From positions 32,001 to 96,000 of the IMG/VR virus record IMGVR_UViG_3300035698_010625: a stretch of 64,000 nucleotides of DNA. One strand, 5' to 3'. Shown here piece by piece: positions 35,030 through 46,262 of this stretch. The stretch comes from a virus. A program made the translations under genes and the position numbers. Below the pieces are notes generated by a model. It was not told the origin of the DNA, did no database searches, and saw only the letters and a program-made list of their open reading frames with translations. Positions within the stretch are counted from its first letter, which is position 1, and every line of letters starts with the position of its first letter.

Positions 35030-35581
35030 TTGCTGTCACTGTATCAGGAGCAGATGCTCATGCAATCCCTGAGAATTGATTTACGTGGATTAAGTTTAAG
35101 CTCTTCTTGTGTATCATTTAGACCTAAGGGAACTTATGAACACCCTGCTAAATATGGAAATTACTGTGATGCGTACACACAAGTAGGTAAGTTTCGCCAA
35201 GGTCTTCGAATGGCGAATATGTGGTTTGAAAACATTAAACTATTACAGAACAATGGATTTACTGGGATAGATGGTTACTATTGGCAACATGAAGATGCAG
35301 CTTGGTTTGTATTAAAAGATGAAACAGTTGATGTAAAATTTACAAATCCAAATTTATGCTTTACAGGATATCTATCACCACCGTCATTTATGGTAAGAGA
35401 AATGTATGAAATAAGTGGTGGCAATCCAGAAGAATTGGTGAAGTATACAGACCCAGAAAAATATTATGAAAAACGTGGAATGAAATATAAAAATGGCATA
35501 GTATGGACCACAGCTGGTCTTGCATTTGCCGAACAACAAATTGCAGCTCGAAAAGCTAGATTAAAAGGAACAAAAGTATGA
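35030..35581 (+). CDS. hypothetical protein
   Basis: ORF, start uncertain. Confidence 0.55.
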   Translation: MLSLYQEQMLMQSLRIDLRGLSLSSSCVSFRPKGTYEHPAKYGNYCDAYTQVGKFRQGLRMANMWFENIKLLQNNGFTGIDGYYWQHEDAAWFVLKDETVDVKFTNPNLCFTGYLSPPSFMVREMYEISGGNPEELVKYTDPEKYYEKRGMKYKNGIVWTTAGLAFAEQQIAARKARLKGTKV

Positions 35582-35790
35582 CAAAGAATACATCAAGAGA
35601 TATCCAAGAAGCATATGACAAAGGGTTTGACTTAGGGAAGTCAGCATTGATTTTGAGTGAGGGCGCTGCTAATCATAAGGACCACAATCCATATGATGTA
35701 GGAGTCCAACGAGATCTTTGGATGTCCTTCTCCAAAGGTTTTAATCAATCTCTTCTCAACGAGTCTGGACCACAGCTTTTGAACGGTTGA

Positions 35791-35863
35791 TATAAATACA
35801 GATGAGGATCAATGCATCTTCATCAAGGCTAAGTTTTGATGGGGTGCTTCGGCGCCCCTTTTT
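35791..35863 (+). promoter_or_regulatory. late promoter followed by hairpins and a terminator upstream of phoH
   Basis: TATAAATA at 35791; GGGGTGC-TTCG-GCGCCCC-TTTTT at 35841-35863. Confidence 0.65.
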
Positions 35864-35911
35864 AGTCTTGAGCTTTTGTTATGATATCCCCTTAAACAAG
35901 GAAATCAATAA

Positions 35912-36643
35912 ATGCTCAACCGAAATATGTTAGATAACAATTATGAACCATCGAGTAGAAAAAGTAAAAAGTCGTCTAAGCGGCTCAAAGGCCCACAAAA
36001 TTTGAACTTATCTAAAGTAATGCCTCTCACTAAAAACCAGACTCGCTTCTTTGACAATTATAAGCGACACGATATTATGGTCCTTCATGGATTTGCTGGA
36101 ACTGGTAAAACATACATTGCACTGTATAACGCTTTGTACGATGTTGTGAATGGTGATTATGACGGAGTAGTAATCTGTCGCTCTTCTGTACCTTCTAGGG
36201 ATGTAGGATTCTTACCTGGAAACGAGCAAGAGAAGATGAAAGTATATGAAGCGCCTTATCAAGCGATGGTCAATATGTTATTCAACAGAGGAGATGCTTA
36301 CGAGTGTCTAAAAGCTAAGAAACATGTGGAGTTCATGTCTACATCATTCGTTCGAGGTATAACAATCGACAACAAGATTATCATCGTCGACGAAATGCAA
36401 AACCTTAGCTTTGAAGAATTGGATTCGATAATCACCAGAGTTGGAAAAAACTCAAAGATAATTTTCTGTGGAGATTATAGTCAAACGGATCTTAAGAAAA
36501 GAGAGCAAGATGGTCTAGATAAGTTTTTAGATATTCTGGAACTGATAGAAGAAGTTGGTATGATTGAATTTGAAATCAGTGACATTGTAAGATCTGGTCT
36601 TGTTAAAAAGTACCTTATAGCAAAGGAACAACTTAATGATTGA
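35912..36643 (+). CDS. phoH: PhoH family ATPase
   Basis: GFAGTGKT, GFLPG, RGIT, VDEMQN, GDYSQTD, VRSGLV. Confidence 0.95.
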   Translation: MLNRNMLDNNYEPSSRKSKKSSKRLKGPQNLNLSKVMPLTKNQTRFFDNYKRHDIMVLHGFAGTGKTYIALYNALYDVVNGDYDGVVICRSSVPSRDVGFLPGNEQEKMKVYEAPYQAMVNMLFNRGDAYECLKAKKHVEFMSTSFVRGITIDNKIIIVDEMQNLSFEELDSIITRVGKNSKIIFCGDYSQTDLKKREQDGLDKFLDILELIEEVGMIEFEISDIVRSGLVKKYLIAKEQLND

Positions 36644-36690
36644 TAAAGGGCAAGATTATTATATCATCTTTGTCTAGAGTGTAAAGGTAT

Positions 36691-36736
36691 AATACTGCCG
36701 GAGCAAGAATTAACAACCGTTTTCTCCGGCAGTATT
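36691..36736. terminator. 13-bp inverted repeat upstream of gp43
   Basis: AATACTGCCGGAG/CTCCGGCAGTATT. Confidence 0.5.
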
Positions 36737-36794
36737 TACCGTTCCAATATCCACCTGAGCTTGATATAATATAGCATTGGATAGGAGGATTTAC

Positions 36795-39293
36795 ATGAAG
36801 AAATTTTACACCTCTGTCGAGCGTGTCGGCAATCAGATTTATTTAGTAGAATATGTTAACGGTGAACGTGTTACCAGAAAGGTACCATTTCAGCCTATAG
36901 TTTTTGTACCTGCACGTAAAGAGACTGGGTGGACTACGTTAAAAGGTCAGCACATGGAGCCTGTTAGACAAGACTCTATGAAAGGCGCTAAAATGTTCGT
37001 TGAAGAGTTTAGCGCAAGTAATTATGAGATTCTTTACAATCGCGATATGGTCGCACAATTTATCTCAGAAGAATATCCCCGCGGATGTCTCGATTCTTAT
37101 GACATCTCTGTACTCAACATTGTTTATGTCGATATTGAAGTAGTATTTGGTAAAGGTGGTTTGGACACTATCAACACTCCACAGCCTTTGACTGCTATCA
37201 CAGTTAAATCCAGTAAAGATGATGTCTTTTACTCTTGGGGCTTACGCCCATATAATCCTGCTGATAACGTAATTTATAAGCAGTGTGAAGATGAGAAAGA
37301 ATTGTTACTTCGCTTTTTAGCTTGGTGGGCAAGTAATCCACCAGATATTGTAAGTGGCTGGAATGTGAAGAATTATGATATGCCGTACATTATCAATCGT
37401 GCTATCAGATTGCTTGGTGAAGATGCTGTTAAGAAACTGTCTATCTTTGGATTCAAGCCTTCTCTTCGTACTAACGATATGGGTAACATTCATTACGATA
37501 TTCTTGGTTTAACAATTCTAGATTGGATGGAAATTTTCAAGAAATTCGGTTACACATACGGCCCACAAGAAAATAACAAACTGGACACAATTGCTTTTAC
37601 TATTCTTGGGCAAAAGAAACTCGATTATTCTGAGTTCGCAAGTTTAAACGAACTGTATGAGAAAGATCATCAAAAATATATGGAGTATAATGTTCGAGAT
37701 ACTGGTCTTGTTGAAGACATGGAAGAGAAAGCTGGATTAATCGGTACTGCTCTTACGTTGGCATATAAGGCAAATTGTGCATATGAGTGTACATTTGGTA
37801 CTACGAAAATCTGGGATACGTTTATCTATAACGAACTCCTGAAACGTGGTATTGTTGTTCCAAATTCTGCTAATCATCCTTTCAGAACTATTGAGGGTGG
37901 ATACGTTAAAGCAGTACAAGTTGGGATGTGGATGTGGTGCATGTCGTTCGATTTGAACTCTTTGTATCCTCACCTTATTATGCAATACAATATGTCTCCC
38001 GAAACTGTCGGTGATATGATGCCCGCAATTGATGTTGATAGATTGATGTCTGGAGCAATTTCAAATCTCGATATTCCTGAAGGTTTCTGTATGGCAGCAA
38101 ATGGGCAGCTGTTTGACATTACTAAGAAAGGTATTTTTCCAGAAATTGTTGAAACACTCTATGCCGAACGATCTGCTATTAAGAAAAGAGCATTGGGTGC
38201 TAAACAGTTAAAAGAAGATAATCCAAAAGATGCTGCTATTCTAGATAAGCAAATTGCTCACTATGACAATGAACAGATGGCTATTAAGATTCTGATGAAT
38301 TCACTGTATGGTGCTATGGCATCTAAGTACTTCAGATACTTTAATGCTAATGTAGCAGAAGCAATTACTCTTTCTGGACAGTTAAGTGTTCGTTGGGCAG
38401 AACGTGTAGTAAATGATAAGCTTAATTCAATTGTTGGTGGAAATGAAGAAGATTATATTCTTGCAATTGATACAGATAGTTTGTACGTTCATTGCGATAG
38501 TATACTTGCTAAAATCCCAACTGCAATAGACACTGAGAGCAGGACTAAGACACTTGATTCTATTGCTAGGAAAATCGTTGAACCAGCACTGAATAATGAG
38601 TACATGCGCCTTCAACGTTTGCTTAAATGCCGTGAACAGAAGATGGTAATGGAACGTGAAATTATTGCTTCTAAAATGGTATTCACCGGGAAGAAGAAAT
38701 ATCTAGCTCATGTACTCAACAGTGAAGGAGTACAATACGCTAAACCAAAACTAAAAGTTGTAGGAATAGAATCTGTTCGTTCATCTACTCCTCAGTTTTG
38801 TAGATCATTGATTGAAGAAACAATTGAACTTATCATGAACACCGATGAAAAGACAGTACAAGCTTTCATTGCAGATCATCGACAAGAATTCATGGACTTG
38901 CCACCAGAAGATGTATCTTTTCCACGAGGGATTCATGGACTACGTAAATATTCTGGTGATATTGCTGGTGAGTTGTATAAGAAAGGAACTCCAATTCACG
39001 TTCGTGGAAGCATCCTATATAATACGTTACTTAGGCAAATGGACCTTGGTAGCAAATACGAGTCTATTGTCGAGGATGACAAAGTAAGATTCTGTTACTT
39101 AAAAATGCCGAATATTCTGGGTGAAAATGTAATCGCGTATCCGGTTGTGTTGCCCACAGAATTCGGCTTACATACATACGTAGACTATACATTACAATAC
39201 GATAAAACATACGTTGATCCGATGCGGTCTATTTTAGAAGCAATTGGTTGGTCGGTAGAAAAACGTTCAACACTCGAGGATTTTTTCAATTGA
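36795..39293 (+). CDS. family B DNA polymerase (gp43)
   Basis: DIE exonuclease, SFDLNSLYP, KILMNSLYG, IDTDS, KKKY. Confidence 0.97.
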   Translation: MKKFYTSVERVGNQIYLVEYVNGERVTRKVPFQPIVFVPARKETGWTTLKGQHMEPVRQDSMKGAKMFVEEFSASNYEILYNRDMVAQFISEEYPRGCLDSYDISVLNIVYVDIEVVFGKGGLDTINTPQPLTAITVKSSKDDVFYSWGLRPYNPADNVIYKQCEDEKELLLRFLAWWASNPPDIVSGWNVKNYDMPYIINRAIRLLGEDAVKKLSIFGFKPSLRTNDMGNIHYDILGLTILDWMEIFKKFGYTYGPQENNKLDTIAFTILGQKKLDYSEFASLNELYEKDHQKYMEYNVRDTGLVEDMEEKAGLIGTALTLAYKANCAYECTFGTTKIWDTFIYNELLKRGIVVPNSANHPFRTIEGGYVKAVQVGMWMWCMSFDLNSLYPHLIMQYNMSPETVGDMMPAIDVDRLMSGAISNLDIPEGFCMAANGQLFDITKKGIFPEIVETLYAERSAIKKRALGAKQLKEDNPKDAAILDKQIAHYDNEQMAIKILMNSLYGAMASKYFRYFNANVAEAITLSGQLSVRWAERVVNDKLNSIVGGNEEDYILAIDTDSLYVHCDSILAKIPTAIDTESRTKTLDSIARKIVEPALNNEYMRLQRLLKCREQKMVMEREIIASKMVFTGKKKYLAHVLNSEGVQYAKPKLKVVGIESVRSSTPQFCRSLIEETIELIMNTDEKTVQAFIADHRQEFMDLPPEDVSFPRGIHGLRKYSGDIAGELYKKGTPIHVRGSILYNTLLRQMDLGSKYESIVEDDKVRFCYLKMPNILGENVIAYPVVLPTEFGLHTYVDYTLQYDKTYVDPMRSILEAIGWSVEKRSTLEDFFN

Positions 39294-40525
39294 GTAAGAA
39301 AGAGAAAGTAGAGAAAAAGAAAGTATCATTACGTGATAAGATCATTAGTAATAGTACGATTAAATACACATCAGTACTTGAAGATAGTATGCTGTTTAAC
39401 ACTGGAATGGAAGTTCAAACTCCAGTACCGATGATTAACATGGCGCTCGGCGGATCAGTTACTGCAGGTCTTATGGCTGGTGTTCTAGTCATTGCAGGTC
39501 CGTCTAAACACTTCAAGACAGGTTTTACCCTATTGATGGCAAGATCATTCATCAAGAAGTGGGGCGATGATGCAGTCATTCTTTTTTATGATTCAGAATT
39601 TGGTAGTCCGAAGAGTTACTTTTCTTCATTTGGTATCCCAACTAGTCAAGTAGTCCACTCACCAATTGTTAATATTGAAGTATTGAAATTCGACATCATG
39701 CAGCAATTGGAGAATTTCGAACGCGATGATAAGGTTCTCATCATGATCGATTCGATTGGTAACTTGGCATCTAAGAAAGAAGTAGATGACGCAATTGCTG
39801 GTAGTTCTAAAGCAGATATGTCTCGAGCAAAACAGCTTAAATCTTTCTTCAGAATTATCACGCCTTACGTTAATCTGCTAGACATTCCACTCGTCGCTAT
39901 CAATCACATTTATATGGAAATGGGACTGTTTCCCAAAGCTATCGTAAGTGGTGGTTCTGGTCCTTATCTATCTGCGGATGATATTTGGATCCTTGGTAGA
40001 AGGCAGGATAAAGATGGGCGAGAAGTTATTGGATATGAATTTGTTATCAATATTGAAAAATCTCGAACAGTTAAAGAGAAATCTAAAATTCCAATTGGTA
40101 TCACATGGGAAGGTGGAATCGCTAAATGGTCTGGCTTATTTGAGCTTGCACTAGAACTTGGATTTCTTGTAGCACCTAAGCAAGGATGGTACGCAACAGT
40201 AAATCAAGAAACTGGTGAAATTGCTGAAACACTTCAACGTAAAGCAGATTTTGAGAACAATGGAGATTATTGGAAAGAGTTATTTGCAACAACTAACTTT
40301 GCTAAACGACTTAGCGATAAGTTTAAGATCTCTGAGGAACAATTACTAGAGCAAGAAACTGCTGGTGAAACTGGTGTTGGTTTCGACGTTCAACAAGAAA
40401 TAGCAGATACCATTGATGAACATGTATTGGAAGAAATAACAAAAGAGATTATGGAGAAAGGATATGGAGACACATTGGAACCAGAGATTCTTGCAACTGG
40501 CATCAGTGATCGCAACATGGAGTAA
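39290..40525 (+). CDS. uvsX: UvsX RecA-like recombinase
   Basis: GPSKHFKT, YDSEFG, DSIGNLAS, VSGG. Confidence 0.95.
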   Translation: MSKKEKVEKKKVSLRDKIISNSTIKYTSVLEDSMLFNTGMEVQTPVPMINMALGGSVTAGLMAGVLVIAGPSKHFKTGFTLLMARSFIKKWGDDAVILFYDSEFGSPKSYFSSFGIPTSQVVHSPIVNIEVLKFDIMQQLENFERDDKVLIMIDSIGNLASKKEVDDAIAGSSKADMSRAKQLKSFFRIITPYVNLLDIPLVAINHIYMEMGLFPKAIVSGGSGPYLSADDIWILGRRQDKDGREVIGYEFVINIEKSRTVKEKSKIPIGITWEGGIAKWSGLFELALELGFLVAPKQGWYATVNQETGEIAETLQRKADFENNGDYWKELFATTNFAKRLSDKFKISEEQLLEQETAGETGVGFDVQQEIADTIDEHVLEEITKEIMEKGYGDTLEPEILATGISDRNME

Positions 40526-40916
40526 AGATCCGCGTAGAAAAATTGGTGCAGTAGTAGTGGATCCGGCAACACGCCGGATTCTTTCAACTGGATATAATGG
40601 ATTTCCAGCTGGTATCAATGATGACGATGAAGAACGATATAAGACAAGTGAAATTAAAGCACAATTTGTTGTTCATGCAGAAGCAAATGCTATATACAAT
40701 GCCACCCTTAATGGTATAAGTTTAGCAGGTGGACATATTTTCATCTATGGTCTTCCAATTTGTGGTGAGTGTGCAAAAGCAATCATTCAAGTAGGTATTA
40801 AAGAAGTTTTCATTGAAGATTCAAATTTATATGAGGAGGATGCTCGATGGAAACTTTCTTTTGATTTGTCCATGTTGTTATTTAATGAAGCAGGCGTAAT
40901 ATGTCACCGGATTTAA
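40464..40916 (+). CDS. dCMP deaminase
   Basis: WSKDP, GYNG, HAEANA, PICGEC. Confidence 0.92.
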   Translation: METHWNQRFLQLASVIATWSKDPRRKIGAVVVDPATRRILSTGYNGFPAGINDDDEERYKTSEIKAQFVVHAEANAIYNATLNGISLAGGHIFIYGLPICGECAKAIIQVGIKEVFIEDSNLYEEDARWKLSFDLSMLLFNEAGVICHRI

Positions 40917-41242
40917 CTGAAAAGGATTATGTTATCCTTCCAGATAATGAAATAATTGAGGGTGTAAATGCTCGTATCATGCTTGTGCGAGCACCATGGG
41001 AAAGCATAATTTTCAGATACACATACGTCAAATTTAACTGGGATGAAGCTAATGATCAAATCAGCGTTAAGTTTAATGTTGAGATTATTGAACCACTCTC
41101 TGTCAAAGCAAATATAGATAAAAATGGAATTCCAGATGGACTGCAAGAATACATGGGAGATCTAATCATGTTTTTCTATGCCAAAAATTTAGAGGGTGAG
41201 AATGAGAATCGAACAGACGGTACTGTACAACCTACTACATAA
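40901..41242 (+). CDS. hypothetical protein (gp40 position)
   Basis: lies between uvsX region and helicase. Confidence 0.5.
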   Translation: MSPDLTEKDYVILPDNEIIEGVNARIMLVRAPWESIIFRYTYVKFNWDEANDQISVKFNVEIIEPLSVKANIDKNGIPDGLQEYMGDLIMFFYAKNLEGENENRTDGTVQPTT

Positions 41243-42629
41243 TGAAGAATATTATCGCCGCGTACTACCTTTTCTAGAACCAGATTACTTCAGTGATAGT
41301 TCTGAAAAATACATCCTGAAGAAAATTTTTGATTTTGAAGATAAGTACGCTAAACAGCCAAGTAAAGAAGTAATTGCTGTTGAATTAGAAACAGATGAGA
41401 ATGTACCAGAAGGTCTTTACGTTGAAGTACGTGATCGCTTGGATGATTTCAAAATAGAAGAAAGAAACATTGATTGGTTAATCGATCAAACAGAAAAGTT
41501 CTGCCAAGATCGTGCAATTTACAATGCAATCATGGCTTCTATTCAAATCATTGACGGTAAAGTAGCAGACAGTAGTCGCGGTGCTATACCAGAGATTTTG
41601 AGTGAAGCATTAAGTGTAAGCTTCAATGATGCTATTGGTCATGATTTCTTTGATAATGCTGAAGATCGATATGACTTATATCAAACTAAGGAAAACAAAC
41701 TTCCATTCGATCTTGATGTCTGGAATGAAATCACGGGCAATGGTGTAGAAGATAAAACGTTAAATGTACTTATGGCAGGTACAGGTGTTGGTAAAACATT
41801 GACCATGGTACATATGGCCGCTGGTCATTTAACTATGGGAAACAACGTTCTATATATTACATGTGAAATGGCAGAAGAGAGGATTGCTAAACGAATTGAT
41901 TCTAATCTCCTTAATTTGAAGGATGAAGACATCGATCGTATGAGTAAGGATATGTTCATTGGGCGAGTTGGAAAGATTAGGGAGAAAACTAATGGTAAAC
42001 TAATCATTAAGGAATACCCGCCAACAACAGCGTCATGTGGTAATATTCGAGCACTTCTTAAGGAACTATCGTTAAAGAAGAATTTTGTACCAGATGTCAT
42101 TTATCTTGATTACTTGAATCTCTTAGCATCATTTAGAATTCGTATGGGAAAAGCATCGAGTACATATGAGTATGTTAAAGCAGTAGCAGAAGAAGTACGT
42201 GGACTAGCTGTTGAGAATGTGGTGCCTATCATTACTGCTACTCAGTTAAATCGTTCAGGTTACACCAACAGCGATCCAGGATTAGAAGATACTTCAGAAT
42301 CCTTTGGTTTGCCTGCTACAGCTGACTTTATGATTGTTGGTATTACAAGTGAAGAGCTTGAGGATCTTGAGCAAATCATGTGGAAGCAATTGAAGAATCG
42401 TTACAAGCCTATTGAGAAAGACAATCGTCGCTTTATGACTGGTGTAAATCGCGATAAGGCTCAGTTATATGATGTTGAGCAATCATACATCACCGACCAA
42501 CAAGAAGAAAAGAGTAAAGGTAAGAAGAAAGACCAAGAAGAAGATATTCCGCTATTTGATAAATCAGATTTTGGTAGAAGAACTGGCGGAGGTCGTCCAG
42601 ATTTAAGTAATTTGAATTTAGGAGAATAA
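41202..42629 (+). CDS. replicative helicase (gp41)
   Basis: AGTGVGKT, LDYLN, TATQLNRSG, SESFGLPATAD, QLKNRY. Confidence 0.96.
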   Translation: MRIEQTVLYNLLHNEEYYRRVLPFLEPDYFSDSSEKYILKKIFDFEDKYAKQPSKEVIAVELETDENVPEGLYVEVRDRLDDFKIEERNIDWLIDQTEKFCQDRAIYNAIMASIQIIDGKVADSSRGAIPEILSEALSVSFNDAIGHDFFDNAEDRYDLYQTKENKLPFDLDVWNEITGNGVEDKTLNVLMAGTGVGKTLTMVHMAAGHLTMGNNVLYITCEMAEERIAKRIDSNLLNLKDEDIDRMSKDMFIGRVGKIREKTNGKLIIKEYPPTTASCGNIRALLKELSLKKNFVPDVIYLDYLNLLASFRIRMGKASSTYEYVKAVAEEVRGLAVENVVPIITATQLNRSGYTNSDPGLEDTSESFGLPATADFMIVGITSEELEDLEQIMWKQLKNRYKPIEKDNRRFMTGVNRDKAQLYDVEQSYITDQQEEKSKGKKKDQEEDIPLFDKSDFGRRTGGGRPDLSNLNLGE

Positions 42630-42832
42630 TAAATGATGTTTACACTAGGACACATTACAGATTTGGTAGAACTTATCGAATCTCATGCAGAAGCTGGAAG
42701 AATTCCACCAGAAGAAATGGAGCGTTGGGGTAAAATTTACAATGCTGCATCTACATTCATTATCGTATCTGCACAGGAATCGGCATTACAACGAGCGGGG
42801 ACAACTGCTTCTACAAAAGCAGATCCCGAATA

Positions 42833-43270
42833 ATGCAGTTAAATATTAAAGGAGGCACTAAACGACAGAAAAAATTAGCAGCTGAAACAGTACTATGGGC
42901 AGGCGGGTATCTCATGTCAACTCGCTTATTGGGTAATTTACAATGCAGTATTGATATCTGCAAACCCAAAGGCCTATTTGGATCTTGTGTTTGGTCAGAA
43001 ACTAATCTTCGCCCCAGACATTTTGACATTGAAGTTCACAGAGAAATTGATGAGTACACTTTTATAGAAACACTTTGCCATGAAATGGTTCACCTTAAAC
43101 AATTCGCAAAAGGAGAGCTTCGGGAACTTTACAAGCCAGTTCATAAAGTAATGTGGTTTGATCACGATATGACTGAGTTAAATTATGATGACCAGCCTTG
43201 GGAATATGAGGCTAGTTTATTAGAAACAGATATGGCACACGGATTTTTGGAGTATAAATATTTGCATTAA
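42833..43270 (+). CDS. HExxH zinc metallopeptidase-like protein
   Basis: TLCHEMVHLKQ, QPWEYEA. Confidence 0.75.
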   Translation: MQLNIKGGTKRQKKLAAETVLWAGGYLMSTRLLGNLQCSIDICKPKGLFGSCVWSETNLRPRHFDIEVHREIDEYTFIETLCHEMVHLKQFAKGELRELYKPVHKVMWFDHDMTELNYDDQPWEYEASLLETDMAHGFLEYKYLH

Positions 43271-43290
43271 ACCATCATACAGAGATGTAA

Positions 43291-44634
43291 ATGCAAACAG
43301 CAACGGTATCGAGAGTATTACTATCAAAGGATCCAGTTAGTTACTTTCAAGCACACGGGTATGAAGTAAAGAAGATATCCAGTAAAAGAATTGCACTTGT
43401 TACTAAGGAAGATCGCATAGAATTCCTTACTAAACTTGCAAAAACCTTAAAGGGTAAATACGACCCAAAGTTTAAAGGTTCTTCTACTGGTGCAGTGGAG
43501 TTTAAAACAGGATTAGTTGTCCTTGCAAAACCAGCGGAACTTGGTTCCCATGGTGGAAGTGCTGCTCAAACTAAATTAGCGGAATCGGCCCAGTGTGTAT
43601 ATGCTGCTGCAACGTTTAGTAAGACAGGTTACACTAAGGACGAATTAAGACAAGCTAACAGTAGACACTGCAAAACAGATGAGAGCATACGAAATATACT
43701 TGCTAATCTTCCAGCAGAATGGGAGGATTCTTCTATTATGATCGGTGAAAGATTGTATAAAGAATATGGGAATACTAATAAGCAGTATGTTTTCCATAGA
43801 GGTTCAGCTTGGGTACAACGTTTAGAAAAGCATTGGTTGAAGTTAAACAGAATTGAACGTAAATTCTCAAACATTAACAAATGGAGTCCAGCAGATATTT
43901 ACATGGTATCTCCGGAAGGCGCTGCACTGAAGTTTGCTAAGACAACGAATCTTTATGAGTTGAATGCATTATTGAAAGATGCTTTGGAGAGTAGGGATAT
44001 CATAGGCGTTTCGCTAAAGAAGGTCCTCAAAAATCCCACGCTAAAGTATCTGAACACTGATGATAGCAAAATGCCGGCGTATAAGTTTGAAGGTTACTCT
44101 TTAGGCAAAAGAGGATTATTTATGTCTAAGGATGTTTACACTAAGTTCAATGGAGGATCTGCAGCACGCACATCTGGAACAGGAAAAGAAAATACATTCT
44201 TTACATCTAAAAATGTATATGTGAAATTTGAGGGAGGACAGATTCAGTTCAGAACTTTCCCTACGTGGCAAGGAGAAATTAAAGGCAGAAATGCTAATAT
44301 GGGAAAAATCTCTGGTGGCCCAATTGGTGATGTATTCATGAACAATGTCAAAATAGAATTAACTAAACAACGAGAATTGAAAGCTGGTATAACGAAACAT
44401 CATCTTGAGTTATTCTGGAAATACTATGACTACTTAGAATCAGGTGAAGTAAAGTCAGAGTTCATTCAGAAGCTAGGTGAACAAGAGTTATCTTGGTTTG
44501 AATCAAAGTTTCTTGGCGTAGAAGTAATCTATCATATGGTACATTCTAAAAGAGCCGATGATATCATATCTGGAATTTTAGGGTATGCCTCATCACAGTC
44601 TGAAATGTCAGCCCCATACATTAAGGTAAGTTAA
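43291..44634 (+). CDS. conserved late hypothetical protein
   Basis: TATAAATA at 43253; KWSPADIY, GVSLKK suggest a PD-(D/E)xK-like domain. Confidence 0.6.
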   Translation: MQTATVSRVLLSKDPVSYFQAHGYEVKKISSKRIALVTKEDRIEFLTKLAKTLKGKYDPKFKGSSTGAVEFKTGLVVLAKPAELGSHGGSAAQTKLAESAQCVYAAATFSKTGYTKDELRQANSRHCKTDESIRNILANLPAEWEDSSIMIGERLYKEYGNTNKQYVFHRGSAWVQRLEKHWLKLNRIERKFSNINKWSPADIYMVSPEGAALKFAKTTNLYELNALLKDALESRDIIGVSLKKVLKNPTLKYLNTDDSKMPAYKFEGYSLGKRGLFMSKDVYTKFNGGSAARTSGTGKENTFFTSKNVYVKFEGGQIQFRTFPTWQGEIKGRNANMGKISGGPIGDVFMNNVKIELTKQRELKAGITKHHLELFWKYYDYLESGEVKSEFIQKLGEQELSWFESKFLGVEVIYHMVHSKRADDIISGILGYASSQSEMSAPYIKVS

Positions 44635-45041
44635 ATGAAATCATTCAAATCATATATTACAGAATCAACAAATCCGCACTATAAAGTTGGTAAAATCACT
44701 AAACGGTACATTTATCTTTAACAGGTTATGAGAAGGATACTAAAAAGAAAGTGTCTGGATCAGTTGATATAGCATCTCCAATTTGGAAAAAACGCCAATT
44801 ACGTCCAGGAGATTATATCGCGGATTTTCCTGGTGGAGTATTTTGGAGAAGCTCTAAATCTTCAACAGCATTTGCTTTTCAATTTAACGACCCAGGACAT
44901 AGAGCAGATCCATATGCTGAAAAGAGAAATGGCCCTAAATCTGATGATGTAAGGAAAGCTTTGGAAATGATGTTGAAGAATTATTCTCTTCTCAATGATC
45001 CAGATGCATCTGTTAAGTTTAACATCAAAAAGGTAAGTTAA
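44635..45041 (+). CDS. putative internal head protein, frameshifted near 44715
   Basis: MKSFKSYITE start; reading continues in the 44751 frame. Confidence 0.5.
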
Positions 45042-45056
45042 TCGAAAGGATATATT

Positions 45057-46262
45057 ATGAAAACTGATAATGATCATATTGAACACCTAGAAGATGGTGT
45101 CTTTACAGAAGGTGAGAAAGGAATTGAGAGAGCTTTCAATTATTTAGAAGATGTTAAACATATTTTAACTGGGTTCACAACAGATACAAATATCACAACA
45201 AAATGGGATGGGTCCCCGGCAATCTTTGTCGGGATTGACCCTACTGATAATAAGTATTTTGTTGCTAAGAAGAGTGTCTTTAATGTAAATCCAGTTATGT
45301 ATAAATGCATAGATGACATTGCATTTGATGATAAACTTTGTGATGAATTGAAAGAAGTTCTTGAACTTTGCTTTGTGAATTTTCAATCTTTTGGAATTAC
45401 ACATGGTATCTATCAGGGTGATTTACTTTTTACTTTAAAGCATCTCCACCTCGAAGCAATCCATAATGTCTCATACCTAACTTTCCAGCCAAACACTATT
45501 GTTTACGCGTATGAAATTGATAGCGATCTATCAAGTACTGCGGATATTGGTGTTGTGTGGCATACACAGTATCATGGTGATTCATTACACAAAATGGTAG
45601 CAGAATATCGAACACCAATAACTCCATTCTTCAAAAAAGATGAAAGTGTTTATATGTTCGATGCATCTTGGGGTAAAAACATAAAAACAGCTTGTACTGT
45701 TAGTGATATTATTAGAATGAGTCAAGCTATAGGTGATGTGACCGTTATTTCACGTGACTTCTTTAAGAGTATAACACTTAATGAAAATATAGCACACCCA
45801 ATTCCAAACAATAAAGAATTGATGAATTTAGTAAAAATCTATATCAATAAAAGGATTCGCGAAGGAATTGACAATTTCACTACATATGGATTTTTAGAAT
45901 TCATTGATGTTAGATATAGTGCAGAAATTCTTAAGCGTAAATCAAAAAAAGGTAAACATACCCAACTTGAGAAAAAAGAAGAATTGTTAGCGATTGTGCT
46001 TCGTTATTTACACGATTTTTCTTTAGCATTTCAATTGCACAATGCTATCACTTTTGCGAAAGAAGTACAAATAGATCTTCTAGATATTAGTGATAACCAT
46101 CCAAAAATGTTCCTTAAAACAAAAGATGGGTATATTAGCACTACACCAGAAGGTTATGTACTATCAGATAATAATGAGCATCAAGCTCCATGCAAAATGA
46201 TTAACCGTCGTAAATTCAGTCACGCTAATTTCAGTGGTGACTATATTAAAGGTTGGTCTTAA
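45057..46262 (+). CDS. conserved T4-like protein (DUF6267-like)
   Basis: HIEHLED, TTKWDGSPAI, QGDLLF, FQPNTI, PEGYV, FSHANF. Confidence 0.75.
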   Translation: MKTDNDHIEHLEDGVFTEGEKGIERAFNYLEDVKHILTGFTTDTNITTKWDGSPAIFVGIDPTDNKYFVAKKSVFNVNPVMYKCIDDIAFDDKLCDELKEVLELCFVNFQSFGITHGIYQGDLLFTLKHLHLEAIHNVSYLTFQPNTIVYAYEIDSDLSSTADIGVVWHTQYHGDSLHKMVAEYRTPITPFFKKDESVYMFDASWGKNIKTACTVSDIIRMSQAIGDVTVISRDFFKSITLNENIAHPIPNNKELMNLVKIYINKRIREGIDNFTTYGFLEFIDVRYSAEILKRKSKKGKHTQLEKKEELLAIVLRYLHDFSLAFQLHNAITFAKEVQIDLLDISDNHPKMFLKTKDGYISTTPEGYVLSDNNEHQAPCKMINRRKFSHANFSGDYIKGWS

